Below, in pieces: positions 48,927-61,235 of a stretch of 64,000 nucleotides of DNA. The DNA is from Octopus bimaculoides (taxonomy: Eukaryota). How positions within the stretch are numbered: the stretch's first letter is position 1; every line of letters begins with the position of its first letter. The DNA is taken from assembly GCF_001194135.2 (NCBI RefSeq), contig NC_068987.1:100320186-100384185 (forward strand), in the 5' to 3' direction. Made by a program: the position numbers and the translations under genes. Below the pieces are notes generated by a model. It did no database searches. It was given only the letters and a program-made list of their open reading frames with translations, and was not told the origin of the DNA.

Positions 48927-49379
48927 TGGGCATAATTTTAAAATATCATTTAATATTTTGCATAAATCGGTGTACTCGGTGTAGAATATTTACAATGTTT
49001 TAGGTGCCAAATTTTGGAACAAGCTTCCTATACATGTCACTCTGTTCTTCTTTATGATCAGTCTTTCTGGTTGTGCCGATGTACATTCTTTGTTCTGTAA
49101 ATATTTTCTAGCTTATGTCTCAGGAGCAGCAACATCGAATTCAGAAGATACAATCGAAACCTGTTTTATCTATCGATATAAAAGTGGGTCTGATAGAAAA
49201 TTACAATCCTTTTAGCGTGGCTGGTTTGTCAGTGCCACAGAGCAGAAAAAGAAATCGAAGAAATCTTCGTTGCATTTCTAAACAGCATTACGGGAACTCA
49301 GTCTAACTTTCGTGATAAGAGGAGACGACTTAATTAAATTTTAAAAAAAAATTGTCGAATAAAGAACATGTTGAATTAC

Positions 49380-52300
49380 TTTTGCCACAGAATCTGTGCT
49401 TGGTCTCTGTAATCACATATTCCGGAGGTTTACATTTGTCTTGTTTTGTACTAGAATAGGTCTTGAAGTCATTCCTTCAGCATTTTGTTGGTCTATAGCT
49501 AGATCGTCATAAACAAATCAAACCAATTCTTCCTTGGAATTCACTGTTAGATAGAATGGATTAACTTCTCTATTCCTGTCGACATGAAACTGTGTACTCC
49601 ATTTTTCGTGTGTAGGAATCTTTTTGGTTTATGCCATTACCTCAAGAGTGTGTGCTTTATAAAGATGATATATTTCGGAGTATGAAAGCCAATAATCTCT
49701 TCCACCTGTAGATTTCTTCTCATTTAAAACAGGGTTGGAAAAAATCATATGGTTAGCTGCTGTCAACAGTCCATGCATACGCTGTAGTTATAGGAAATGA
49801 TCAAGCTTATTACCTGCTTTTAGCATTTTGTAATTTGAAAAGATTTTCTGTCCAATCAGAAATACATTGCCTTAGATTTTATCAGTCAGTATTGCAATTT
49901 CAAATTGATCCCTTGTGTACTTTCACTTCCTTTAGCTAATGGCCATGCAACTGATACGCCGTCTCAACATGGCTTTTAATTGCCTTTACACTGGCTTTAC
50001 CACCATATTCTGAAGTCCAATTTCTAGCTGAGTTTCAGCAAGTTTGTGGTGGTTTCTACTTTCTTGCAGCTGAATTGTTTTATCTGTTGAATACTTTGAC
50101 GATACATGCCATGTACATTGAGTATTTTTCTCACTTTGGAAATATTTGTGCATTTTTTCTATTATTTTTACAAAACACTTTTATAGTCCTTCTGCTTATA
50201 TTATGTAATATTTTTCTACTTGCCTACGGCCTCTACCTCACAGTATCTCTGGTATATCTTATGTATTGATTTCAGATTTTGAGTAGTGTACATTAAATAC
50301 GGAGATTATTTTTGTATTGTGTTTATTTTTATAAAACGGCGTCAAGTGGGGAAAGATTATAACAAGGAATTGTTACAGGAACAACTAGATTGTGGATATT
50401 GTTACCATTTTTTTTAGCTGCGTTAAATATTAATCGTATGCTATTAAATTATCATTCCCCAATACTTTTTCATTTGTAGCTATTGTAACATATTTAGTTC
50501 ATTGTTTCTTAAATATCTATTTTTTGTATTTACCTTATTTCTTTATTTTTCTCCTGTATATTAGATGTCTTAATTTTCTTCTTTCAATATGCGCGTAGAC
50601 GAACTTATCAAATTAGAATATGAACATTTTTTCCTGGTAAAAACTTGCACAACAGTATTATTAGATGTTTACCATGGGCAAAGAGCAACATAAGATCATT
50701 CGAAGGACAAGGAATTTTCTTCCTTAGCATTCGCAGCCATGTCCCAAGAAGTTTCTTCTTGGAATATAGATGTTCATATCAGGCGGTGAGCTGGCAGAAA
50801 CGTTAGCACGCCGGACGAAATGCTTAGCGGCAGTTCGTCTGTCTTTAAGTTCTGAGTTCAAATTCCGCCGGGGTCGACTTTGATTTTCATTCTTTCGGGA
50901 GTCGATAAATTAAATACTATTTGTGCACATGGGTCGATCTAATCGACTGGCCCCTCTCCAAAAGTTTCGGGCCTTCTGCCTAGAGTAGAAAATACTATAG
51001 ATGTTCATATATTCTATGCCCTCTTGTTTTCAGATGAGGCAGAAATTATTTCTCTATTTACTCGTGATATGTTAAATTTGTTTGTTCATTATTGTGACTA
51101 TATTATGCATTGCTAATATCGTATGGAATACTGTAAAAATCATTCTGGATATCAATGCATGCCATAGTTTGCTACTTTCCAACTCCTACAGGTCTTATTT
51201 TTATACCCTCATCATCCATTCCTGATAAACATTTTTTTCTGAAAACAAATTATATTTATTTATCCTCTGTGATATAATTTCAATTAACGCTTTGGAAGAT
51301 ATATTATAAAAATATAGAGTCTACGATTTCCTATTCTGCAATTCTTCTATGGCTTTTTTTTTTCTTTTGTGAGAGATAGGTGTTGTCTCCTATGGCATCA
51401 GTATTTTATGAAGGACCTCAACTAAAACGCTACGTATTCCTGTTCAATATTCTATCCAGAAATCTAATAATTTCTAATAATGCATTGCAGTCGCTTGTTT
51501 TAAGAAGCGTATAGAATAATTTCTGTGTTGTTATGGCTTTCGGCAATGTTTCATGTGCTATGTTTCAACAACCTCTTCTGAGGTGATTACATCTCTGCCT
51601 ATACACCACCCCAGAAAGTGTTGTCTTGCTTTTGTTACTGCAATGGTTTCTATCGCATTTTTATCTAGTTTTTGATAAAACCATTTTGGATTGCTGTTGG
51701 AATGTTAGTTTTGCTCAAAGAAGCTTTGTGTTTTTTATTCACATGGATTCTTTTCGAGTAACTAGAATGTTTGTTTGCAAAGTTCCTTCATACTGGTAAT
51801 ATATTTTTTTTTTACTTCAGTGATGTTGTTCCGTTACTGATTTCATTAAGTCTTCAGAATTATTTTCTATTATTTCCTTTTGTGGTTTTTTTTAATGATA
51901 GCGTTTCATTTGGTTTATTCGGTTGTTGGTTTTCCAACATGAATAAATGTGAAGGAGCACTCACTTCTCTTTGTAATTACAATGTCTGTTGCATGCGTTA
52001 TTTCGTTTAACCTGTTGTTGCAGATGATAATGTATGTTTTCATCAAGTGTGTGACAACCAAGTTTCCTTTTTGTTATTGTTGTTATTGTATTGTGAAGTT
52101 TTATTGCCGGGAAGTAATTTCTTTGATTCAGTGGCAGTGTAGTGGTCTATCTTTCTTTACTTCTCTATTTATATTGTCATATTTAAGAAGTCTGTAATTC
52201 AAATTTTCCATTCCATTGTATGTGTCTTACATCCTATTGTTTATATTTTGGGTTATAATGTTCTGGTTCAGCATTCGTTGATCAGTACATTGTACAGCGC

Positions 52301-52450
52301 CTAGCATTTAGTTTTGCTGTTTTATAATTGATATTGTTATTTACATTGATGTGTATGTGCTGGTAATACCTGCGTGATTTACATTTACACTGTGGCTAGG
52401 AGGTAATAATTTGAACTTACAAATTATAGTCACCCTCCAAAACAATATGG
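49380..52450 (-). mobile_element. Very old, fragmented R4/Dong-type LINE, interrupted by a SINE
   Basis: Minus relic TKFFEQN*HSNSNPKWFYQKLDKN (cf. KFF.QNKLFNSNPK.FYREL) near 51700. Weaker RT-like relics lie at 49400-50250. Confidence 0.4.
50781..50991 (+). mobile_element. tRNA-derived SINE family B with a perfect 15-bp target-site duplication
   Basis: Head GGCGGTGAGCTGGCAGAAACGTTAG...GAGTTCAAATTCC. TATAGATGTTCATAT occurs at 50765-50779 and 50996-51010. Confidence 0.92.
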
Positions 52451-53049
52451 CCGTTGCGTTGCTGCGTTTTTTTGGAGTGTACACAAGAAAAGACAAAAGC
52501 AATGAGATAGGCAGTGCAAGGAGGAGAGTGGTTGCGATATGATGACGAAAGAATTTCGGCTTCGAAGGATTAGCATGAGCAATAGATAGGGGCGAATAAC
52601 GGCAGAATCAGTAATAATAAGAGCAGATCCTATATCTTATTTTCTTCCAATACCGCAAATATCCTGATCAACGTGCAGGTCCGAAGAGGATCGAAAAATT
52701 CGCCACATTTTCTGCACCGTTTTATCGAAGATTAAGTGTAAACACTTTCGTTACCACCAGTACTTTCACAGCATCGCATTACGACATTGGTGAGGATATT
52801 GTCAGTAAAGAGAAGCAGCAAAACTTTTACCACAATGCAAAGATTAGATAAAGAGAAATACATTGTGTACAGTGAAACTTAAGATAAAACGCAATCGGAC
52901 AAAGTAAAGAGACATCCGCTGCACAACAGAAAAATGAAGCCCGGAAGGTCCATCACCGCTTCTGAGGGCATCAACTTTATAAAAAGGAGATCACTCACAG
53001 AGGGTTAGTTGGAACTTCTAAAAGAATAGTTTGAGATATAAAGATTATT

Positions 53050-53400
53050 AATTTGCCAAATGAATCTTACAGATCGCCAATTACAAAAGTTTATAGGATT
53101 TCCGTATAAAAACTGATCATATAATATAGGAAAGAAGATCAGATATTATGGCATAAATGACTAAAATGATAAAATATATTACACTGGGTTTCAAAGAAAG
53201 TGAGATTAATATTAGTAACAAGCCACGGACAGGATAACATTGTGAAACGCAAAGGTAATAATTTCTCTTGAAGAAATTGGTTCACTCGAAAAAATACCTA
53301 ATATTCCATCCCAAAATCTGAATTTGAGATAAGTAGTATCGGCCTACATACGAATGACATCATATACGCTGCAAGAATCCTGGATAGTTTCATGAAATTT
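53050..53400 (+). mobile_element. Degenerate R4/Dong-type LINE 3' fragment (unit 1 of the tandem cluster)
   Basis: DFRIKTDHII*ERRSDI (cf. WDF.IQTD..I.ARRPDI) and AARILD near the end. Confidence 0.45.
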
Positions 53401-53436
53401 GAGATATCATTGCTAATATACTTAGCATGGACTATT

Positions 53437-53479
53437 TTTTTAATAATAATAATTACTAGTAGTAGTAGTAGTAGTAGTG

Positions 53480-53529
<50 letters not shown>

Positions 53530-53544
53530 TGTAGTAGTAGTAAT
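53437..53544. repeat. (TAA)n then (TAG)n microsatellite
   Basis: Directly visible. Confidence 0.96.
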
Positions 53545-54302
53545 AGAGAAAAAAATATGGCTGTGGATAACTAAATGTCATTTAAAACCGGAAAAGGAGG
53601 ATCTAATCTGTGCTACCCAACAGCAGGCACTAAGAACACACTACATAAAATACAGAATAGACAACACAGCAGAAAGTGATAAGTGCAGAATCTGTGGACA
53701 AAACGGTGAAACCGTATGGCATATTACCAGCTAATGTACGCCACTAACCCAGAAGGAATATAAGAGACGCCACGACAATATATCCAGGCTTGTCCATTGG
53801 ACACTTTGCAGCAAGTATGGACTTGACAGAGAAAAAATTCGTACAACCATAAACCTGAAGGCATCGTCGAAAATAGAAATGCGAAGATCCTATGGGATTT
53901 TACGATTCAGTGAAAGCATGGGATAAAGAATAGGAAGCCGAACATAGTCTTAATTCATAATGAAAACAATTTTGCTGGACCATAGACATAGCATGCCCAG
54001 CTGACAACAAGGTATGCTATAAAGAAAAAAGAAAAGTCGAGAGATAAGACAGGTTAGCTTAGGAAGTTAAGCAGTTGTAATCGATAAAAAAAGGTAGCAC
54101 TAGTACCAATAATTGTCGGAGCCCTGGGAACAGTGTCAATAATCTCAAAAAGTACGTGGAACAAATAAGATCTGCAATAAGGGTGGAGCAGCACTTCCAC
54201 AAAACAGCACTGCTTGGAACCACTCGAATACTACGGAAGGTGCTCGAAAATAAGAGGGGACAGTGTAGTACATCTTCGGCGTCAGAAGCTGTGCAAAGGC
54301 AA
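53545..54302 (+). mobile_element. 5'-truncated R4/Dong-type LINE (unit 2): CCHC knuckle + REL nuclease + 3' UTR
   Basis: HLKPEKEDLICATQQQALRTHYIKYRIDNTAESDKCRICGQNGETVWHITS*C...KRRHDN; KILWDFTIQ...NRKPNIV; IACPADNK; VPIIVGALGTV; KTALLGTTRILRKVLE. A (TAA)n tail follows. Confidence 0.92.
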
Positions 54303-54324
54303 TAATATTCATAATAATATTAAT

Positions 54325-54398
<74 letters not shown>
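54303..54398. repeat. (AAT)n microsatellite
   Basis: Directly visible. Confidence 0.97.
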
Positions 54399-54401
<3 letters not shown>

Positions 54402-55122
54402 AAATAATGAAAAGAAATATAACAAGTAACTGTAGAATATGTGGAGATGGACAAGAAACAATAAATCATATTATCTATGGCTGCCCAATCCTNNNNNNNN
54501 NNNNNNNNNNNNNNNNNNNNNNNNNNNNNNNNNNNNNNNNNNNNNNNNNNNNNNNNNNNNNNNNNNNNNNNNNNNNNNNNNNNNNNNNNNNNNNNNNNNN
54601 NNNNNNNNNNNNNNNNNNNNNNNNNNNNNNNNNNNNNNNNNNNNNNNNNNNNNNNNNNNNNNNNNNNNNNNNNNNNNNNNNNNNNNNNNNNNNNNNNNNN
54701 NNNNNNNNNNNNNNNNNNNNNNNNNNNNNNNNNNNNNNNNNNNNNNNNNNNNNNNNNNNNNNNNNNNNNNNNNNNNNNNNNNNNNNNNNNNNNNNNNNNN
54801 NNNNNNNNNNNNNNNNNNNNNNNNNNNNNNNNNNNNNNNNNNNNNNNNNNNNNNNNNNNNNNNNNNATAATTCCTATCATAGTAGGTGCCTTAGGTATAA
54901 TAAAAAAAATATCCAGACAAATACATAACAAAAACAACAGGACTTACAAATATATATAACATACAGAAAATTGCACTACTGGGTACTGCACACATTCTAC
55001 GCAAAACACTTTCAATACAGTAAACATAAGAGCACCACAGCAAACCACAGCACATACCCAAGACGCACAGAGCTGCGCTCGGTAGTGAGGTGAAAGCATG
55101 TTATAAAAATAAAACTACTGAA
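54399..55122 (+). mobile_element. 5'-truncated R4/Dong-type LINE of a second subfamily (unit 3), with an N-gap inside
   Basis: SNCRICGDGQETINHIIYGCPI...IPIIVGALGII...YNIQKIALLGTAHILRKTLSIQ*. Distinct 3' UTR, then (AAT)n at 55123-55190. Confidence 0.9.
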
Positions 55123-55123
55123 C

Positions 55124-55193
<70 letters not shown>

Positions 55194-55194
55194 T

Positions 55195-55582
55195 AGTGTT
55201 AATTGAGAAAGAAAGCAAACTATACTGGGACATAGATATAGCATGCCCAGCTGACAACAAGGTGTGCGATAAGGCAGAATGAAACGTCAATAGATATGAC
55301 AGGTTAGATACGGAAGGTAATTATTTGCGATCGAGGAAAAAGTTGGTAGTAGTACCAAGAATCGTCGGATCCCTGGGAAAGTAAGTAAAAATCTTGATAT
55401 TTACATGGAACAAATAGGGGCTGCAATAAAGGTAGAGAACTTGCACTGCTTGGAACCACTCGAATAGTCCGGATGGTGGTCGATAAATAAGGGGTGTTAC
55501 CTTAGTTAACTGATAGTGTACAGCTGGCACCGTAGTACGTCTCCAGCGTTAGAATTTGTGCAAGGGAATAAATAATAATAAT
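55195..55582 (+). mobile_element. 5'-truncated R4/Dong-type LINE (unit 4, same subfamily as unit 2)
   Basis: GACATAGATATAGCATGCCCAGCTGACAACAAGG is nearly identical to 53978-54012. Shared 3' UTR ending TGTGCAA(A/G)GG and a short (TAA)n tail. Confidence 0.88.
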
Positions 55583-55879
55583 GTTTTTAAAAGGATTGAC
55601 GTATGTCTTCACGAATGAAGACGAAATGAAAATCGCGATGTGATTGCAATAGATATTTTGTTAGTCCAATGATATATTTCGACAGCAAGCCTGTCCTTGT
55701 TATTCAAGATTATAGAAATTCAAATTCAAATTTTGAACGAGGGCAACCAGCGTTCCCAACGTGATAGAATGACATCATCAGTCTACAATTACGAAGTTTA
55801 CTAATTGGCAAAAAAAGAAAGAAATGAAAAAGAGAAAAAAAGAAAAGGAAAATGAAGAATATCTAATCAAACAGTTTTG

Positions 55880-56300
55880 TGTAAATATGATAACATTTTC
55901 CTCTCATTCTATCTATACTTTCAGGGCTTAACGTTAATAACTCGCAAACAGATTTCTTCTCATGTATTTTAAGTATTGAAAGTGTAGTAGATTCATAATA
56001 TTTTCTGAGAATATGCACTTTCAAATCTTTTTCAAAATTGCAGCGATTTGATGTAAAATATTTGGCGAATTCTGCCGAACAACTGTTAATATGCCTGGCG
56101 TCATATGTTAGTTTCCTTGGAGTCAGAAGCAAAGGTTAATAGTTATCTTATATTTGTATTCCGTCTAACGGCTCTAACGGCGACAATAGGAGGCTGACGA
56201 AATACATGTTTCAAACGACAATATTTTCCCCGAAAATGCTAACTGTCATATACCACTTTTGAAATGCCAGCGCAATTTCTGTGTTATTTAATCACTAAAT
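55880..56300 (-). mobile_element. Probable Penelope-like GIY-YIG C-terminal relic
   Basis: AKYFTSNRCNFEKDLKVHIL...LLTLSPESID (cf. HF.S..HSF..D..V.IL...L.TL.PNGLN). VFRQPPIVA lies upstream. Confidence 0.45.
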
Positions 56301-56719
56301 GAATCACGTCACATATTGTACTTCAAAGTTTGCTAATCTTACTTATGTCATTTGATATTTCCTTTAATCCTATAGCTTATTTCCTTTAAGCTATAGGTTT
56401 TGGCATTACAGTTCCAGAAATGCAAGAAGTCGATTAAACTATAATGTGATCATTCCCAGACAAACAAGACGTCATCAATGAACCGTAACCAAAGTATTCG
56501 TACATGACCTTAAGGATTTAAATGTATTCAGTAATTGTATCGCGAATTTCGTCATGGAGACGTTCGTGAAATAAACTGCCGTCGAGGGTGGGGGACAATG
56601 ACGCAATCACTCGTGTGGTTGTAAAATGTGTGTCTAAACTGCACTGAGTTACTTTGTAACACCAACCTCATAAGCCTATAGAGAAAATTAGATGGAATAC
56701 TTTAGTTTGACCGCTTTTT

Positions 56720-56840
56720 GAGACATGGGTGTTTCTACTTTATATCCCAATATTGATCTCGATGAAGGTTTAGATTGTGGCAAGGAGGTACAGTCTAACA
56801 CACAGAAGATTCGATCAGAAAGCATGGTAAGAGTGGAGAA
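56720..56840 (+). mobile_element. Possible Penelope RT micro-fragment
   Basis: DMGVSTLYPNIDLDEGL resembles the PLE motif DV.SLYTNIP..EG. The match is very short. Confidence 0.3.
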
Positions 56841-56845
56841 CATAA

Positions 56846-56884
<39 letters not shown>

Positions 56885-57272
56885 TANNNNNNNNNNNNNN
56901 NNNNNNNNNNNNNNNNNNNNNNNNNNNNNNNNNNNNNNNNNNNNNNNNNNNNNNNNNNNNNNNNNNNNNNNNNNNNNNNNNNNNNNNNNNNNNNNNNNNN
57001 NNNNNNNNNNNNNNNNNNNNNNNNNNNNNNNNNNNNNNNNNNNNNNNNNNNNNNNNNNNNNNNNNNNNNNNNNNNNNNNNNNNNNNNNNNNNNNNNNNNN
57101 NNNNNNNNNNNNNNNNNNNNNNNNNNNNNNNNNNNNNNNNNNNNNNNNNNNNNNNNNNNNNNNNNNNNNNNNNNNNNNNNNNNNNNNNNNNNNNNNNNNN
57201 NNNNNNNNNNNNNNNNNNNNNNNNNNNNNNNNNNNNNNNNNNNNNNNNNNNNNNNNNNNNNNNNNNNNNTAT

Positions 57273-57687
57273 ATAGGCGCAGGAGTAGCTGTGTGGTTAG
57301 TAGCTTGCTTACCAACTACATGGTTCCGGGTTCAGTCCCACTGCGTGGCACCTTGGGCAAGTGTCCTCTACTATAGCCTCGGGCCGACCAAAGCCTTGTG
57401 AGTGGATTTGGTAGAAGGAAACTGGAAGAAGTCCGTCGTATATATGTATATATATGTATGTGTTTGTGTGTCTGTTTTTGTCCCCCTCCCCCCCACCAGC
57501 ATCAATTGACAACCGATGCTGGTGTGTTCACGTCCCTGTAACTTAGCGGTTCGGCAAAAAGTGACCCGATAGAATAAGTACTAGGCTTACAAAGAATAAG
57601 TCCTGGGGTCGATTTGATTCGACTAAAGGCGGTGCTCCAGCATGGCCGCAGTCAAATGACTGAAACAAGTAAAAGAGTAAAAGAGTA
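57273..57687 (+). mobile_element. tRNA-derived SINE family A (young, full length)
   Basis: GGCGCAGGAGTAGCTGTGTGG (A-box-like), GGTTCAGTCCC (B-box-like), internal (TA)/(TG) tract, and a tail of AAAAGAGT repeats. Confidence 0.95.
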
Positions 57688-58101
57688 TATAATTTCCTCG
57701 GGGTAACAGCGTTATAACGTACTTTCCAGAGTTTCTCAACAAATATCGTCTACCCCATGCTGGCATATAGCAGGAAATCTTTTTTTTTTTTTTCTAGATA
57801 TACTGAAAGACATCAATGAGTGTAGAAAGAATTCATACAACATATTAGAATACAAAAAGGGGGAATAAACAGTCTTTAATCCAAATCACTACAATGCTTT
57901 CTTTACATTAACGTCAACTATTAATTGTTGGGTGTTTCATATATACATATTATTATATGAAATATGACCCGACAGTTGTTGCGTCTTTGGGTGCACGTCT
58001 TTGTGTGCAGGTATACAACTATTGCTTTACTAACTTATGCTAATACACAGAAAGAAGTGTGGTGATATAGTTTAAAGCCTGTCCATTCAATCTTCTTGTA
58101 T

Positions 58102-58104
<3 letters not shown>

Positions 58105-58143
<39 letters not shown>

Positions 58144-58146
58144 TGC

Positions 58147-58183
<37 letters not shown>

Positions 58184-58212
58184 CGTGTGTGTGTGTGTGT
58201 GTGTGTGTGTTT
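58105..58212. repeat. (TG)n microsatellite
   Basis: Directly visible. Confidence 0.97.
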
Positions 58213-59049
58213 GTTGTTCTAAAATCAGTGAATGTAGTAAATATTTTTTGGTAATCCGGTTAGTTAGAGCAGCACAGTGGTCTGCAGGAACTTTTAAGAA
58301 ACATAGAAAGTAGAATGTATGTAAAGTGTTAAGTAAACAATTGTGTTTGAAGTTAACTGTAGAGAGTGTTATTGAATTATACGATTATTGGGAAATAAAC
58401 AAACTACACGAAACGGGGAGAATATTAGGAAAACAATGATAATTCGATCATAGCAATGTCATGTTCTATTTTTGTATTAATATTAAACGATTCAAATATC
58501 TCCGAGTCAAATTTTATATGGAACTGAAGAAGAAGAACAGAAATGCCCGGCAAAAACATTTCTGCAAGAAGCAAAAATAGAAATTCAATAAAATTGGATT
58601 TATTTTCAATAATTTTTAAAGAATATAAGGTGTAAGCAAAGAAACACGCAATATTGGACACAATCTCTCGTACATGTACGTTCAAAAACTGTCATGCATT
58701 TAGCTACATATATACAACTGTGTGTGCTGCTAAGTGTATTAATACCGGATATTTTGTTTGGTAGTTATATGTATGTATTATATGTAAATGTATATGCACA
58801 CACCTAAACACAGACATATATAATGTGCATGCATGTGATACTTATTATATAACTACCAAATAAAATTTCCGATACTATTACATATGGAAAATGGAGAGAA
58901 GCATGGGTTGTATATATGTAGAAAAATGCATTAGAGTTTATGAATATACGTATGTGAGAGTTTGTGTCCACTAATACGTGTGTAAACATTTGCATATCGT
59001 TAACGCGCTGTCTGTACCTCATCTTGTGTTTTAATATGTCTATATCGGT

Positions 59050-59260
59050 AACGGTGGCGTGGTGGCGGAAGCGTTATGAAAACGGGAACATACTGAGGGA
59101 TATTTTGTCCGTCTTTACGTACTTAGCTTAAATGCCACCGGGTCCGACTCTGCCTGCCTATCATCCGCTTTGGGGTCGATAAAATGAATAACACGTGAGC
59201 TGTTGGGCGATCCAATCAACGTATCACTTCACAGAAATTTATAGCCTAGTGCCCCATCTT
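59050..59260 (+). mobile_element. Degenerate SINE family B
   Basis: GGCGGAAGCGTTA...GTCCGTCTTTACGT...TTAAATGCCACCGGGTCCGACT...GGGGTCGATAAAATGAATA parallels 50781-50991. Confidence 0.7.
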
Positions 59261-59340
59261 ATATCTCAATATGTCCATATCGATGAAGCAGCAACATAAA
59301 AGAGGGTAGGTGGCCCGGACAAACAATGTTTATGACTTAC

Positions 59341-59396
59341 CTTTAACTTTACTGCTGATTCTTTGGTTTCTATATTGATTAAGCCCAAAATATCGC
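59341..59396 (-). CDS. Candidate 56-nt minus-strand exon (G-DILGLINIETKESAVKLK), phase 1 to 0
   Basis: Perfect donor AAG|GTAAGT, acceptor AATCTTCAG, open frame. No confidently linked neighbouring exon. Confidence 0.25.
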
Positions 59397-59994
59397 CTGA
59401 AGATTTCTTGTAAGTATAACTAATTCGCAATGATGTTTGGTCGGCAAGCTGGAATTTCCGGGTCAGTCTGTGCACTGAAATTCCAAAAGATGGTAACTTA
59501 AGCATTCTTGATAACATGTGTTATTTCTACAATTCTCCTTCTGGGGAAAGCAGCATGTGCGGCATATTGACCAATGAGATCCCCGGTGTTATCGCAGTTG
59601 GCTACATTCAGAGAGTATATGGTCGCTTGTCTCGTTGTTTAAGTTTCAGAACATTATACAGATAAATCATAGTTGGAAGACACTGATCCTGAGAATCAAA
59701 TAACACCACTCAATTTTCGGTGTGACACCAGAGGCTTCCAACAACTGAGAGGTTAAATGCATGGTCTACATGTGGTTTCTGGTTCAAATCAGCTATTTGC
59801 CCCGCGGTCGGTTTTGCTCTCATTTCTCTGTATTGTAAATTTATTCGTGTGATCTAGCTACATTTAATGTATCTAGCTACATTTCTCGAAGGCATATTAT
59901 TGCAATCATCCAACTGATAATTACACTCTGAAGAAATATGAAACAGACATTAGTGATACTGTAAACATAAGTATTGTGAAGGCCTCCTCATTAG

Positions 59995-60057
59995 ATTTAA
60001 ACCTGGCAGTGAAATGAAACGTGGAAACATATATTTAATGTTTCTAAGCAGCATCAG
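59995..60057 (+). CDS. Candidate 63-nt exon P6 (R-FKPGSEMKRGNIYLMFLSSI-S), phase 2 to 2
   Basis: Acceptor CCTCCTCATTAG and donor CAG|GTATGT. Only phase 2 is open. Confidence 0.33.
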
Positions 60058-61235
60058 GTATGTAGTTCTACATTTACATGCACCAATGTATGGCTGAACA
60101 CTCAAATCAGACAAGGTGATGAAGTTTTTTTATGAAATGGAAAGCGGTCACGGAATAAGCATTAAAATATATAAGAACAACAAGTCTTCCAGACGACATT
60201 TAATTACTGTTTTCAAATTTTGCTGCGTAACGGTGATAATGTTCTATATTCTATTTATCTTTCACTTTCGACACATGATGGTTCAACGGCTGAGTCAATT
60301 ATCTAGTTTTATTGTCTCCAGTGATACACGTGTAGAAGCAAAGAAATAAATATAAGCCCAACTGTTACACAACCTACACACACTGGTCTGTTAATGGTAG
60401 TGGAGGATTGTAAAGAAACGCATTATTTTTAATTTTCCTAGATACTAAAGATAAAAATGATATATCTCCGTCTTTTGCTGGCTGAAAAATCCGAGATTTG
60501 TTCTTATGAGAGACTTTTCATATGTCTTAAAAGTACTGCATGAACCACAAATAAAGTTCATGTTATGCACGTAATTTGAGACATACCGCGCATGACACTA
60601 AGCTGATATTTTCTAAATTATTCAAATATGTTGGGTGCCCTATATTTTGTGTCATCCTCCGTCATATTACTTCACGATCAAATTCAGTCGAACGCTGCTT
60701 TCCCAATAATCATTTCCTGATTGAAAATGCCCTCTTCCGTTGCATCAAAATATCCTCTACTCTTTATTCCTGATTCACTCGGCCCAATATCTTCTCATGG
60801 AGATCCATACCAATTTGGAGTGTTGCAACAATACTAATATACAATATAACTAACGTCATCTTATCACAATTTTTTCTAGTAGCTTTTTGATAATCGGATG
60901 GAGTCCATCACAACGGGATCAACTCATATCTGAAATATATCACTATGCATTTCTTTTCGTCATCTGGCCATGTGGCAGCTTTAAATATATAATGAATATT
61001 GTGTGCCTGTGCATCGGTACGACTTGATTAATGTATACATGCATACAAACATAGGCATGTACATACATATGTGCGTATATATGTGTGCGTGCGTTTGTGT
61101 TTACTTGTTTGTTGTTTATTTGTGTGTGTGTACATTCATGGGTTGTACCGAATGACATGCAAACGAAATTCTTCATCTATTTAAAATTAACTCGCTGTTG
61201 GAGGACAAAAATAAAAATTACCACTTTGTTTTCAG

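Noticed and set aside
49115-49340. Plus-strand ORF/exon candidate (SQEQQHRIQK...)
   Set aside because: Frameshifted pieces (KEIEEIFVAFL, VIRGDDL) look more like a decayed LINE endonuclease.
53050-55582. CRISPR-like or satellite array
   Set aside because: The repeating units are LINE 3' ends separated by simple microsatellites, not fixed repeats with unique spacers.
58425-58560. NTKIEHDIAMIEL resembling the trypsin catalytic-Asp motif
   Set aside because: A stop follows within four codons, and no His or Ser motif exons were found.
59922-59956. CACT-CTGAAGA-AATAT-GAAAC...AGTG hammerhead-like string
   Set aside because: Stem II cannot form in 5 nt and stem III does not pair.
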